Positions 35,563-49,327 of a stretch of 64,000 bases of DNA are shown here, piece after piece; positions within the stretch are counted from its first letter, which is position 1, and each line of letters starts with the position of its first letter. Both the position numbers and the translations under genes were made by a program. The notes beneath the pieces were generated by a model. It saw only the letters and a program-made list of their open reading frames with translations, was not told the origin of the DNA and searched no databases. The stretch is from Eledone cirrhosa (taxonomy: Eukaryota): positions 9,176,001 to 9,240,000 of the forward strand of contig OZ024749.1 of assembly GCA_964016885.1 (NCBI GenBank), in the 5' to 3' direction.

Positions 35563-36016
35563 AAGAATGAGAAACAAGATACATTGAAGGGACGGGCGGG
35601 ATGGAATTGGAAAAAATGTCTTTAGATAAAAATAACAGGTCCATTCATGTTGACATCTCATATATATATATATATATACAAGTTAATATAAATTAATATA
35701 TGATAAACACATAAGTGTTTGTATTGTAAAAGACGAAGTTAGCTAGAATGAAATAAACTAATTCAAATAAATATAGTTTGCCTGTCTCGATCTAAACTAA
35801 TAAATCAATAAAAGCAAACCCATATTGGCAAATAGCCGTGGTACCTGGACAAATTTAAATTTCAAAACCAAACCTTTTCCGCAGATGAATCTGAACTTCA
35901 AAATCCAAACATGTTTCGCAACGATAGTATAAAAAGTGAAATATTCCAATTCTCTGTGCTTATCAACAGGTACCCAGAAAAATTAGGATGTTTCACCTCG
36001 AAAAGATTTTGGAGGT

Positions 36017-36490
36017 CTGGGCAACCCCACCAAGTTTACTTGGTGAGGAGGGTGATTTTGGACACCCTGCAGGACAAAAGCCAAAACCTGACAAAGGGCG
36101 GAAGAACTCATAAGAGTCAACGGCCATCCGAAAGTGCGTAAATATGTATATAAATATGTACCGCGTGGTTAAACCACTGGGAATGAAGGACCCCTAGCCT
36201 TTGTCAGGGCATTCTTCTAGGAGAAGGCAACTCAGGAAACTGGGATAACTCCGATATAAAACCTGCAGCTCAGTAGTTACCAATGATGTTCATCTTTTCT
36301 TCTTTTCGGGTTATAGCTACTGTCGCTCAGAGAGTGGGATTGGCTCAGTGCAGTCTTTCTTCACTTTAAAAAATATCTTCACGCACAGGCATTGCACGAT
36401 AGAATTAATTAATAATTATTGATAATGGTATATCGTGCAATCGCCATACTCGATAACGAGAGGCCAGCCAATATATATGTATGTATGTAT
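36017..36490 (+). mobile_element. RTE-related SINE-like retroposon with (TATG)n tail
   Basis: Reverse-complement homolog of the elements at 13423-14848; ends GGCCAGCCAA then TATGTATG. Confidence 0.7.
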
Positions 36491-36520
36491 GTATTTATGT
36501 ATGTATGTATATATGTATTA

Positions 36521-36574
<54 letters not shown>

Positions 36575-36580
<6 letters not shown>

Positions 36581-36778
36581 AACCAGTAAGACCCCGACAG
36601 CTGAGCTCAAGCCGTTTCGACGGCTAATTCTGGACTGAATTAGTCCAGAATTAGCCGTCGAAACGGCTTGAGCTCAGCTGTCGGGGTCTTACTGGTTCCT
36701 ATTACCCACTCTACTACCTCAAGTATTGAGTACTTTGGTGCGTTATGGTCCACCTGGTTCCTTACCACATTTCCTTCG

Positions 36779-36780
<2 letters not shown>
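36575..36780 (+). mobile_element. Fold-back element with 3' half of a hammerhead (family of 8171)
   Basis: Arms 36575-36636 and 36642 onward; GAATT spacer. Confidence 0.75.
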
Positions 36781-36833
<53 letters not shown>

Positions 36834-36869
36834 TGTATGTATATGTATGCATCTATGTGCGTATGTTGG

Positions 36870-37075
36870 GCCGGGCGGTGTGATGTGTCTTTGAGTAAGA
36901 CCCTTAATTTCATGCTGCCCCAGTTCATCAATCTGTGATGAAATAAGTTGTGACGTCACTGGTGCCAATCTGTGTCAGCCATTGCCTTTCCCTTGGACAT
37001 CAGTGACCTACAGAGGAGAAACTGATATATATGGGAGATTGCTGGTCTTCCATAAAAACACCTTGGCTGGGTTGT
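36870..37075 (+). mobile_element. SINE fragment (family of 61610-61850)
   Basis: GTGACGTCACTGGTGCCAA..GCCTTTCCCTTGGA block. Confidence 0.6.
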
Positions 37076-37099
37076 GGTCATTTCTGACCAAAATGGGTC

Positions 37100-37545
37100 T
37101 TCATCATCATCCCCCGACTCCTCTGATGGGGGTCAGAACTCTCCTGTCAATCCCTTTCCACACTTCGGTCCTGCATTGCTGTCCAAAGATCCCTTATGCC
37201 CAGCCCTGAGTCCTGAGGTATGGTGTCTGGGAAAGTCAGTTTTTGTGAATGGACACACACACAGAGATGTCACAGAAGGAGAGATGAAATGATTTCTTTG
37301 TCAGCTCGATGACAGTAACCAGCAAACTGAGGTCTTTTTTTGTTTGAGTCTGAGGGATATTGGAATCAAATCTCCGTAGATGGTTTCAAGTGTTGCGTGT
37401 GATCTCCAGCTTATGTTTTTGATTCTTCTGAGCAGATTTGTATATGCTCCATGCAGCCGTCTCTCAAGACGAACAGATAAGGTCCATGTTTCTGATCCAT
37501 ATAGTAGTACTGGTTCAATCAATGTTTGAAAGATTTAGACTTTCA
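37100..37545 (-). pseudogene. RTE LINE 3' relic
   Basis: IEPVLLYGSETWTL..LLRRIKNISW; (GAT)n tail at ~37101. Confidence 0.8.
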
Positions 37546-38094
37546 AGGAGGATGATAAATTTGAGCGCCAAGTCTTGTCAAGCCTGCTGCACACATCCCA
37601 TGCCAGAGCTTTACGGATGTTGAATCTTCTTAGGGGTCTTAAGACCATCGATCACCGTCGATAAGAGACATTATATAGTATATATGCCAGATGTCCTAAC
37701 TCCCGAGTGATGGGGGTTGCTGTAGTGATGGACATTTAAACTTGGAGAAGGCTATTATCTCCCCAGTGTGCAGAACTTTCTACATCCTTGCTCATTTGTG
37801 ACCGAACGAGGTCAAAATGTATGTATCTATGTATGCGTGTATGTATGTAGGTATGCGGATGGGCATGTTTGTGTATGTATGTGTAAGTATGTGTATGTAT
37901 ATGTGTATGGATGTATGTGGATGTATGTATGTATGTCTGTATGTGTATGTGTGTATGTATATGTGTGTGTATGTATGTGTGCATGCATATATGTGTGTAT
38001 ATGTATGTAGTTCACACACTGGAATGTTCAAGCGATAGAGAAGTTCGGTTTGCAATCATAAGGTCCAGGGTTCCATTCCATAACGTGGAATCTT

Positions 38095-38490
38095 GAGCCT
38101 GTGTGTTTTACTATAGCCCTGGGTTGGCCACAGCTATCATGAACCAGTTACATCTGGAGCACGTCTTTTACTATAGACCTAGGCAGACCCCATCCCTTAT
38201 AAATCAGTGACATCTGGAGCCTGTATCATTTACTATAGATTTAAGCTAACCCCATCCATTTTAAATCAGTGAATTCTTAAGTCAGCGACTTTTACTATAG
38301 TCTTGGGCTGCTTTCGCTCCTTATGAATCAGTGACTTCTTGAGCCTGTGTATTTTACTGTAGCCCTGGGCTGACCACAGCTATCATGATTCAGTGACATC
38401 TGGGGCACGTCTTTTACTGTAGCTAGAGGTTTACTCCAGGTCATCTGGAGGACGTCTGTTACTGTAGCTTGAGGTTTACTCCAGTCATCT
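38095..38490. repeat. Degenerate ~60-bp tandem repeat
   Basis: Recurrent TTTTACTATAG and CAGTGACATCTGGAGC blocks. Confidence 0.7.
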
Positions 38491-38622
38491 GGATCACAAC
38501 ATAACGACAGATCTCTCCATCTCACTTAAACTTTGAAACTCATAGAACTGTGAAACCGGTTAAGTTGTAACTAAATCTTCTTAAAGACTCCAATTGTATT
38601 TGCAACTTCTTTATATATATAT

Positions 38623-38675
<53 letters not shown>

Positions 38676-38934
38676 TACATATGTACATACATACATATAT
38701 ACATATATACATACTTGTGTCGTTTATATATATATATGTGTGTGTGTGTGTGTATGTATATATATGTATGTATATATGTATGTATATATCTATGTATATA
38801 TGTATGTATATATGTGTATATATATATATATGTGTGTGTGTATGTATATATATGTATGTATATATGTATGTATATATGTATGTATATATGTGTATATATA
38901 TGTGTATGTATATATGTATATATATGTATGTATG

Positions 38935-39005
<71 letters not shown>

Positions 39006-39193
39006 ATATGTATGTATATACATATGTGCGTGTGTGAGATATATACACACCGACACGTGTGTATATATCTGTATGGCGGTAATACCCAATAAATCTAACG
39101 GTGTCATCTACACATTCCCTCTTGAAATTGACGTAAAAGCATTTTTATGTAACAAGTTTTAGTGGTTTGTTGTAAAATGGAGGATATGTTAAG

Positions 39194-39556
39194 GTGGTGG
39201 CGGTGGTGGAGGTAGTGGTGGTGGTGGTAGTGGTGGTGGTGGTGAGAATAGCGGTGGTGGTTGTGGTGAGAATAGTGGTGGTGGTAGTGGTGGTGGTGGT
39301 GGTGGTGAGAATAGCGGTGGTGGTTGTGGTGAGAATAGTGGTGGTGGTGGTGGTGGTGGTGGTGGTGAGAATAGTGGTGGTGGTGGTGGCGGTAGTAGTG
39401 GTGGTGGTTGTGGTGAGAATAGTGGTGGTGGTGGTGGTGGTGAGAATAGCGGTGGTGGTGGTGGTGGTGGTGGTGGTGAGAATAGCGGTGGTGGTGAGAA
39501 TAGTGGTGGTGGTGGTGGCGGTAGTAGTGGTGGTGGTGGTGGTGAGAATAGTGGTG
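39194..39556. repeat. (GTG)n with periodic AGAATA interruptions
   Basis: Direct reading. Confidence 0.9.
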
Positions 39557-39659
39557 TGGGGGCGGCTGAAGCGGAAGTAGAGGAGAGTTCAAAAGAAGAT
39601 AAAGTTGACTGGGAAAGAATTTCAACTCGGGTCTGAGAAAGCCGGAAAAAATAATTTAA

Positions 39660-40396
39660 AAAAATGGTTATCTCTAATTTAGTGAGAAGGCCAGCAATTT
39701 AGAGGAAGTGGCGGGGGTATCGATTATATGGATCACAGTACTTTCTCGACCCCACTAGGATGAAAGACAAAGTTGACCTCTGCGGGATTTGAACTCAGAA
39801 CTGATTTTAATTTAGGTACAAGGTCAACAATTTTAGCGGGGGTGGGGATAGGAAAGTTGATTGTATTTACCCCAGACCTAGACTGGTATTTTACTTTATC
39901 AACCCCAGGAGGGTGAAATACAAAGTTGACCTTGGTGGGATTTGAACTCAGAACGCAGAGAGCCGGAACAAACAGAAAAAAAATGTCTGTTTCTAATTGA
40001 GGCACAAGAGGAAACAACTTTAGTGTGAGTGGTAGAGGAAAATCGATTGTATTTACTCCAGCACATAACTAGTACTTTATCGATTTATGGGAGAGGTGTG
40101 AAGGACAAAGCAGTATTTATGGGAGAGGTGTGAAGGACAAAGCAGTATTTGAACTCAGAATATAACGGGTCAGAGCAAATAAGATAAGGAGTCCAAGGCT
40201 CAGCAGTATAAAATATAATTGTTTCTACTTTTGGCACAAGGCCAGCAAATTACCCAGTGTATTACTGGTACTTTATTTTATCGACCCCGTAAGGATGAAA
40301 GGCAAAGTTAACCTCGGCGGGATTTGAACTCAGACCATAAAGGGTCGTAACTCTTTGCTGCAAAGCATGGCGTCCGACCCTCTACCGATACTGCCA
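39660..40396 (-). mobile_element. Stack of Meta-domain SINEs; youngest-looking copy at 40218-40396
   Basis: Repeated GGATGAAAG..AAAGTT.ACCT..GGGATTTGAACTCAG. Confidence 0.75.
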
Positions 40397-41177
40397 AAAA
40401 TATAATGAAAGACTACTTGTGAGTTTTGAGCTTTTTACTTGTTCTCTCTTTCTAACTGGTTCCAGTCAATAATTAGATTTAACACGAATGTTTTGTATAA
40501 GCAACATAAAGGTGGAAGATACAAAAGAAACATATCAAAAATAAGTATAGGAAATTGATGAAAGCCATTTAATAATGAAGAATGTTCGAGAGAAAAAAAA
40601 TAGTAACATTTATTGAACATTTTGACTTTAAACAAGACCAAATCGTGACCAGGAAAAAATATATTTGGAATAAAACGTTAAAAGTAAACAACACTAACTG
40701 ATTATTGACGAATCAATGATGGAGACTCTATGAAGACTGAACAAATATAAAGATAAATAAATAAACTAGCGGGAAAATGTGCCGTAAATCACAGTTACAC
40801 CTTACCATCTTGGGTGAAAAAAATATCAAACCAGTGAGACATTGAATAATGTAGTCTTGTGGTGGAAAAATGAGAATAAGAGAAAAATCAAGATGATATG
40901 GTCACAGCTGGAACACATTTGATCAAAGGTTTTTCTTGGATCACAAACCAGACCTGTAGTGAAAGAGCTGCATGGGAAGTATGTGTGTGTGTGTGTGTGT
41001 AATATTGTTGTGTTTCCTTGACAAATATAATGGTTTTCGCTCCAAGTTTACCATGAAGCAGGGGAAATTACAGAAACAGCGGGGTTATCATACTATCGGA
41101 CTCAATATATATAAATAGATCAGATAACATTATATATAGAGATCAGATAAAGTTATATATATATAGATCAGATAACG

Positions 41178-41263
<86 letters not shown>

Positions 41264-41314
41264 GGGGAGAGAGATCAGATAAAGTTATATATACAGAGAG
41301 ATCAGGTAACGTTA

Positions 41315-42291
41315 TCTACTTATATATATAACCAGCAATTTCTCTGTCTGTCTGTCCGACAGTGGAAACACGTGTGTAGAGAGAGAGTGAGGGTGAAAGA
41401 AAGAGACAGACTACGAGAGGGGGATAGCGGGAGGGAGAGAGGGAGAGAGAGAGAGAGTGAATAGACGCTAAAACACGTGCTACAGAAATATTACCTTCCC
41501 CTTCCTTTCTCCAAGAGAAACACTGTCGCTATAGAAACATTACCTTCCCCTCTCCACTGACTTTGGTCACTGAGGCTGAGGGAATCGCTGGTTGCTATAG
41601 AGACACCTTGCACAAGCCAGAAGTAACCAGTTCGAGGCGGTTCTGACTTGACACCATTTGAAGAAGGTTGCCATTGAATTTGTGGTTTGAAGAAGGTTGC
41701 CATTGAATTTGTGGTTGTTGCTACTGATAATAAGGACCATTTGAAGAAGGCTGCTGCTAATGAGGTAATTTATTAATCAGATTGCGCAGTTCCATAACCT
41801 ACGTTTGATTTGTTCAATTTTTTTTGTTGTTTTTTTTTATTTCTTATTGAAAAAATATAAATAATAAAATAAGGTTAAAAATTTAAATACAATTAAATAC
41901 GATTTAATTTCCATTTCCAACAGCCAATGTCCAGTGTTCAATTTCATGAAAAAATTGGAAATAATTCTAAAAATTGAAGTTTAACTTTTGAACATTTGTT
42001 TTGACAATAAAAAAATATTTCCTTATTCACACCTAATGATATGATTAAAATTTCATAAGAATATTTTTTTCTAACCGCCAGTTATTTATTTTCTCCTTTT
42101 TCGTTTTAACATATATTTATTTCAAAGATTTCACCGTATAGATAACATATTTATTTATACATGCATAAAAGACACACCGAGAGACGGTGAACATGTGGTG
42201 CCGAAAACATTTCTCATCCAAATCTCAACAATATCAGTATATACACTAGATTTGCTAGCAGAAAACCGCCCACCGGGTGGTTTTCTGCTAG
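41315..42291 (+). mobile_element. Non-autonomous Helitron 1
   Basis: 5' TC after A, CTGT repeats near the 5' end, 3' hairpin GCAGAAAACCGCC..GGTGGTTTTCTGC then CTAG. Confidence 0.7.
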
Positions 42292-42922
42292 TCTATATAT
42301 CTAAAACAGAGAATGTCTGTCTGTCTGTCTGACTCCCTAAAACTCGAGAACCACCCAACCGATTGTTTTCAAACTTTACACATGTAATACTTATGGTCCT
42401 GTGAGTATTTTGAGAAAAAGAATTTCACATTTTCAAGGCCCTAGGAACCGCATTAGGCGATTTAGCGTTCTCTCTATATAATTCTTAGTCTTTCTTTTTA
42501 GATAGATACATAGATTTAACGTTGCACCCTTATAATATATGTCTGTATGTCTGGCTGCCTGCATTACGACATTATGACGCTATATGTGTGTGTGTGTATA
42601 TATGTATATATAGTGTGTGTATATATACATATATATATAGTGTGTAACGTTTTTCGAAATATTTACTTTTGCGTTCACAGACTGATTTTTTTAGTTTCAA
42701 AAGATTCCGTTAAGGGTGAAAGCAGCGATTCTTTGCTTAAACTTTAATCTGTTATTTTAATATATATATATAATTATATAATCGTGTTCAGATATTTTTG
42801 CATACACAATAACAAAATATAAACAAACGTATTTATTTCACGAGGCTCGATAAGGATAAATATATATCAAATATATAAGTACCCTAGAGCAAATCCCGAG
42901 CAAAGCCGGGCCATTCTGCTAG
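42292..42922 (+). mobile_element. Non-autonomous Helitron 2
   Basis: TCTATATAT..GAATGTCTGTCTGTCTG start; CCCGAGC-AAA-GCCGGG hairpin; CTAG|T end. Confidence 0.8.
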
Positions 42923-42952
42923 TATATATATATATATATATATATTTAGAGA

Positions 42953-43012
<60 letters not shown>

Positions 43013-43299
43013 AGATAAAGTTATATATATAGATCAGATAACGTTATATATAGAATGGATCAATCAGAATGGAAGTGAGACTGTCGCTACAATTAAACCA
43101 ACTAGGTAGTCATCAATAGCGCAGACTTCAAAGTGGCGCATTACATACATGCGTGGTCCCATAATTCCTTGAGGGAGTCGTAGGAACGTTGTATTGACAT
43201 GTGGCATTTCTAGAGAATTCTTAAACCTGGTGGAGCCTATCTCCTCTCCAGAGCTGGCTATATCAAATTTCTTCCAGAGAGGACAGAGATATAGAAGAA

Positions 43300-43440
43300 G
43301 AATCAACCCCAGTACTAGATGGTACTTTTTTTTACTGACCTTGAATGGATGAAAGTGGGATTTGAACTCAGAGAAAAGAGCCAGCATGCATACCATAAAG
43401 CATTCTATCCGACGTTCTAATGGCTCTGCCAATTCTAACG
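43300..43440 (-). mobile_element. Diverged Meta-domain SINE
   Basis: GGATGAAAG..GGGATTTGAACTCAG..TCTGCCAATTC. Confidence 0.6.
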
Positions 43441-43859
43441 CCTGCTCTATGGCGTATTACTGAACTTTAAAGGATCGCATTTTTATGCAAATTTGTATAA
43501 TTGAATTAAATATTCAATAATTTCCTGTAATCAATAAATTAATCGGTAAACATCTTTGGCATACATCAGCGTAATGGAAATATCCAAAGTGGTGGAGAGG
43601 ATTGAATGGTTTTATGACCTATCACATAATCTGGCGTGGGTGGTTGTGAACTATGTAGTGGGAAATGCAAGCTCGGCGATTTTTCTTTCTTTTTTTTTTT
43701 CCATGTCAGAGCAAAAAGTGTCGAAACTATGATTGTCAGCCTGCTAAACTTTAAAGGGAAATTATCTTATTTGGCAGAATTTTCTCTGAAGCTCTTCTAC
43801 AGATCATCAGCATACAGAAGTTACCATGGACAGCCAGTCTTGTCTGTCATGGCCTGGAG

Positions 43860-44430
43860 GACTATAATAAGGTTGAGGAGTCTGAAGATGAACTCCTACA
43901 TGTTGTCTTCTTCCCTAAACCCATGACTACTCTCACTTTACTGACAGCTCCTCTGTACATGACTTGCACTGCTCTCACATTCTTTTACACCCAGTTTCCT
44001 TAAGGACCACCAGATAACAGATCATGTAACTCAGTTCAATACCTTCTCCAGATCTACAAAAGTTAGGTGTAACAACTTTAGAAACTTCCCTTGCAGTTGT
44101 CTCACTTAGAAGACCACATCTGTGGAACCCCTGACCGACACAAAACCAAATTGCATCTCATTTAATTTAAGTCTTTCTCTAATTAGTTGTGCTAACACTC
44201 ATTCACTTTCATAACTTGATCCATCAAAACCTCTGTAGTTGATCCTTTCTAAAGCACAGTCCCTTGTTGCAATTATTGATTATACTACTATGCCAGTCAT
44301 TGTGTGTGATACCATCATGTGTTAGTTGATTGATTATGTTAGCTACTATCTCGACTCCCACTCCACCAAATGGTTTTGACATCTCAGTAACTATCTCTGA
44401 TGCTCCAGCAGTTTTTCCATCTTTCATCTC
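43860..44430 (-). pseudogene. Degenerate RTE-like reverse transcriptase fragment
   Basis: MKDGKTAGASEIVTEM..WHSSII..KG; downstream remnants resemble FVDLEK. Confidence 0.65.
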
Positions 44431-44987
44431 CTACTTATGCCAGATTGTTATAAGGGAAGATAACTGTTAACAACCTTTCACCTCTCACTAACAACAGCTC
44501 AATACTTCTGTCATTTATTCTATCTCAATAACCATAACTCTCCCATTCTCTAGTAGAATGCCTCGTCCATCTATACCATTATTATTTCCTACCCAGAAGA
44601 GTTTGTATCTAAACTGTTTGTGAGGAACCTGACTGATGCATCCCTCCACCTCCTGCATACAGCACCCATCCATTCAACTACCCTCTCTAGCATCTCCACA
44701 ATTTCTCAACATCAACCTTTCAGTGTGCCAGCATTTAGTGTGAAGGCCCTCAATAGGGTTTCATTGCAGAATGAGAGAGTTCCTTAGTGGTCGGGTTGTC
44801 TTTTGGAAATAGCTCTCTGTACCCGAAAGGGAATGTGCCTTCACTTGATGACAATCAAGGAGGGTCTCGTAGTCAGCTAGGCTAGCTACCCCACTATATA
44901 TATAAGCAGTAGGAAGCCTCTCTAACAACAGTAAAAGAACCAGAAATGGTACTGCCAAGGAGCTCTCCCTTTCTTGTTAGTGTGGCT

Positions 44988-45175
44988 TCAAACTGGCCCT
45001 AACTGGGAACTCATACGGATTTTTAGGTATTGTTCTCACCATAAATAATATCAAAATCTCATAGATTCGATATTATGTATGATATTATATGAAATAAAGA
45101 TTTTACCATAAAATACAATAAAATACAATAAAATACAATAGTATATATAGAGTGATGTAAATGCTAAAGGGTTAA
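44988..45175 (+). mobile_element. Partial piggyBac-type MITE
   Basis: Ends TAAATGCTAAAGGG|TTAA; homologous to 52988-53208. Confidence 0.7.
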
Positions 45176-45291
45176 AGGAAATGTGACTATATCAGTAGGG
45201 TACCTGACATAAAACATGCTATGCCCCTTTATATTCTGTAGCTGTGTGATTAGGGTATATTACTTAACACTCAACAGTCAGACCTTCTTAG

Positions 45292-45762
45292 TGACTGTCT
45301 CAGTAGGGACTCCTTTGCCTTCTGTGTGGCTGTATCAATAGGGACTCCTTTGCCTTCTGACTGGCTGTATCAATAGGGACCCCTTTGCCTTCTGTGTGGC
45401 TGTATCAATAGGGACCCCTTTACCTTCTGTGTGGCTGTATCAATAGGGACCCCTTTGCCTTCTGTGTGACTGTATCAATAGGGACTCCTTTGCCTTCTGT
45501 GTGGCTGTATCAATAGGGACCCCTTTACCCTCTGTGTGGCTGTATCAATAGGGACCCCTTTGCCTTCTGACTGGCTGTATCAATAGGGACCCCTTTGCCT
45601 TCTGTGTGGCTGTATCAATAGGGACCCCTTTACCTTCTGTGCGGCTGTATCAATAGGGACTCCTTTGCCTTCTGACTGGCTGTATCAATAGGGACCCCTT
45701 TACCTTCTGTGTGGCTGTATCAATAGGGACCCCTTTGCATTGAGTGGCTGTATCAATAGGGT
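45292..45762. repeat. 35-bp minisatellite (~13 copies)
   Basis: Unit CTGTATCAATAGGGACCCCTTTGCCTTCTGTGTGG. Confidence 0.92.
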
Positions 45763-45867
45763 ATCTTACATAAAACAACAATTAGACCCCTATATATTAT
45801 GACTGAGTGTATCAGTAGCGTATCTGACATAAAACTTAAATTGGACCCTGTTGTATTCTAACAGACC

Positions 45868-48406
45868 GTAAACCGGCCGTATCTGGCTGGAGTTCTCTCA
45901 CCTCTTTCTCTTCAAACTGGTCATAGCCAGCCACTCATACAGATGTTAAGGTATTGTTCTCAAAATAATATAGAACATCATTTAAATCTCATTAGATTCG
46001 ATATTATGTGAGATATTATGTGAGATATTATGTGAGGTATGTGAGGTATTATGTGAGGTATTATGTGAGATATTATGTGAGATATTATGTGAGATATTAT
46101 GTGAGGTATTATGTGAGATATTATGTGAGGTATTATGTGAGGTATTATGTGAGGTATTATGTGAGGTATTATGTGAGATATTATGTGAGGTTTTATGTGA
46201 GATATTATGTGAGGTATGTGAGATATTATGTAAGATATTATGTGAGATATTATGTGAGGTATTGTGTGAGATATTATGTGAGGTATTATGTGAGATATTA
46301 TGTGAGATATTATGTGAGATATTATGTGAGGTATTATGTGAGATATTATGTGAGGTATTATGTGAGGTATTATGTGAGGTATTATGTGAGGTATTATGTG
46401 AGATATTATGTGAGGTTTTATGTGAGATATTATGTGAGGTATGTGAGATATTATGTAAGATATTATGTGAGATATTATGTGAGGTATTATGTGAGATATT
46501 ATGTGAGGTATTATGTGAGATATTATGTGAGATATTATGTGAGATATTATGTGAGGTATTATGTGAGATATTATGTGAGGTATTATGTGAGGTATTATGT
46601 GAGATATTATGTGAGGTATTATGTGAGGTATGTGAGATATTATGTGAGATATTATGTGAGATATTATGTGAGGTATTATGTGAGATATTATGTGAGATAT
46701 TATGTGAGGTATTATGTGAGGTATTATGTGAGATATTATGTGAGGTATTATGTGAGATATTATGTGAGATATTATGTGAGGTATTATGTGAGGTATTATG
46801 TGAGATATTATGTGAGGTATTATGTGAGATATTATGTGAGGTATTATGTGAGGTATTATGTGAGATATTATGTGAGATATTATGTGAGGTATGTGAGATA
46901 TTATGTGAGATATTATGTGAGGTATTATGTGAGATATTATGTGAGATATTATGTGAGGTATTATGTGAGATAATATGTGAGATATTGTGTGAGATATTAT
47001 GTGAGGTATTATGTGAGATATTATGTGAGGTATTATGTGAGATATTATGTGAGGTATTATGTGAGGTATTATGTGAGGTATTATGTGAGGTATTATGTGA
47101 GGTATTATGTGAGATATTATGTGAGATATTATGTGAGGTATTATATGAGATATTATGTGAGATATTATGTGAGGTATTATGTGAGATATTATGTGAGGTA
47201 TTATGTGAGGTATTATGTGAGGTATTATGTGAGATATTATGTGAGATATTATGTGAGGTATTATATGAGATATTATGTGAGGTATTATGTGAGATATTAT
47301 GTGAGGTATTATGTGAGATATTATGTGAGATATTATGTGAGGTATTATGTGAGATATTATGTGAGATATTATGTGAGGTATTATGTGAGGTATTATGTGA
47401 GGTATTATGTGAGGTATGTGAGATATTATGTAAGATATTATGTGAGATATTATGTGAGGTATTATGTGAGATATGTGAGATATGTGAGATATTATGTGAG
47501 GTATATGAGGTATTATGTGAGGTATTATGTGAGGTATGTGAGATATTATGTAAGATATTATGTGAGATATTATGTGAGATATTATGTGAGGTATTATGTG
47601 AGATATTATGTGAGGTATTATGTGAGATATTATGTGAGATATTATGTGAGGTATTATGTGAGATATTATGTGAGATATTATGTGAGGTATTATGTGAGAT
47701 ATTATGTGAGATATTATGTGAGGTATTATGTGAGATATTATGTGAGATATTATGTGAGGTATTATGTGAGGTATTATGTGAGGTATTATGTGAGGTATGT
47801 GAGATATTATGTAAGATATTATGTGAGATATTATGTGAGGTATTATGTGAGATATGTGAGATATGTGAGATATTATGTAAGATATTATGTGAGATATTAT
47901 GTGAGGTATATGAGGTATTATGTGAGGTATTATGTGAGATATTATGTGAGATATTATGTGAGGTATTATGTGAGATATTATGTGAGATATTATGTGAGGT
48001 ATATGAGGTATTATGTGAGGTATTATGTGAGGTATTATGTGAGGTATGTGAGATATTATGTAAGATATTATGTGAGATATTATGTGAGGTATTATGTGAG
48101 ATATTATATGAGGTATTATGTGAGATATTATGTGAGATATGTGAGATATTATGTGAGGTATTATGTGAGATATTATGTGAGGTATTATGTGAGGTATGTG
48201 AGATATTATGTAAGATATTATGTGAGGTATCAATAGGGACTCCTTTGCCTTCTGTGTGACTGTATCAATGGGGACCCCTTTGTGAGGTATTTTGTGAGAT
48301 ATTATGTGAGATATGTGAGATATTATGTGAGATATGTGAGATATTATGTGAGATAAAGCCTTTACCACTAAAATACAATAGTAAATATAGAGTAAATGCT
48401 AAAGGG
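45868..48406 (+). mobile_element. piggyBac-type MITE with an internal 12-bp satellite expansion
   Basis: 45868-46000 and 48340-48406 match the MITE at 52988-53208. Confidence 0.8.
46001..48228. repeat. 12-bp satellite TATTATGTGAG(A/G) with 9-bp variants
   Basis: Direct reading. Confidence 0.97.
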
Positions 48407-48435
48407 TTACAAATATAGATAACAGCAATGAAAAG

Positions 48436-49100
48436 TAACAACAACAACAATAATGACTACAACAACAACAGCAATTACTACAATAACAACAGCAATGATT
48501 ACAACAACTACAACAACAGCAATGACAACAACAACAGTAATGACAACAACAACAACAACAGCAACGACTACAACAACAACAGTAATGACTACAACAACAA
48601 CAACAGTAATGACAACAACAACAACAGCAACGACTACAACAACAACAGTAATGACTACAACAACAACAACAGTAATGACAACAACAACAGCAACGACTAC
48701 AACAACAACAACAGCAATGACAACAACAACAACAACAGCAACGACTACAACAACAACAACAGCAATGACTACAACAACAACAGCAACAACTACAACAACA
48801 ACAACAGCAATGACAGCAACGACTACAACAACAACAACAGTAATGACTACAACAACAACAACAGCAATGACTACAACAACAACAGCAACGACTACAACAA
48901 CAACAGCAATGACTACAACAACAACAACAACAGCAATGACTACAACAACAGCAACGACTACAACAACAATGACAACAACAGCAACGACAACAACAGTAAT
49001 GACTACAACAACAACAACAGCAATGACTGCAACAACAACAACAGCAATGAACACAACAACAACAACAGCAGCAATTACTACAACTACAACAACAACAATA
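48436..49100. repeat. (CAA)n with GCAATGACTA-type interruptions
   Basis: Direct reading. Confidence 0.9.
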
Positions 49101-49327
49101 ATAAAGATGCTGACAAAGGTATATATTTGAATTTTTTATATAATTTTTAATATTCTGTTAATTTTAAAGTTTATTTACACAATAACTGAGATTTGGTTGT
49201 TTACATGTTGTTGTTGTTGTTGTTGTTTAGTCCCAGATCAGCCTTGATCAGACAGACCTATGCTCAAAGACATTCCAGTTGTGACCATCTCATTTTTTTC
49301 TGTGTCCAGGGACTCCAAGGCAGCTAC

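Noticed and set aside
45978-48368. Long ORFs (ISHIIPH / YYVR / CEIL repeats)
   Set aside because: Translations of the 12-bp satellite inside a MITE
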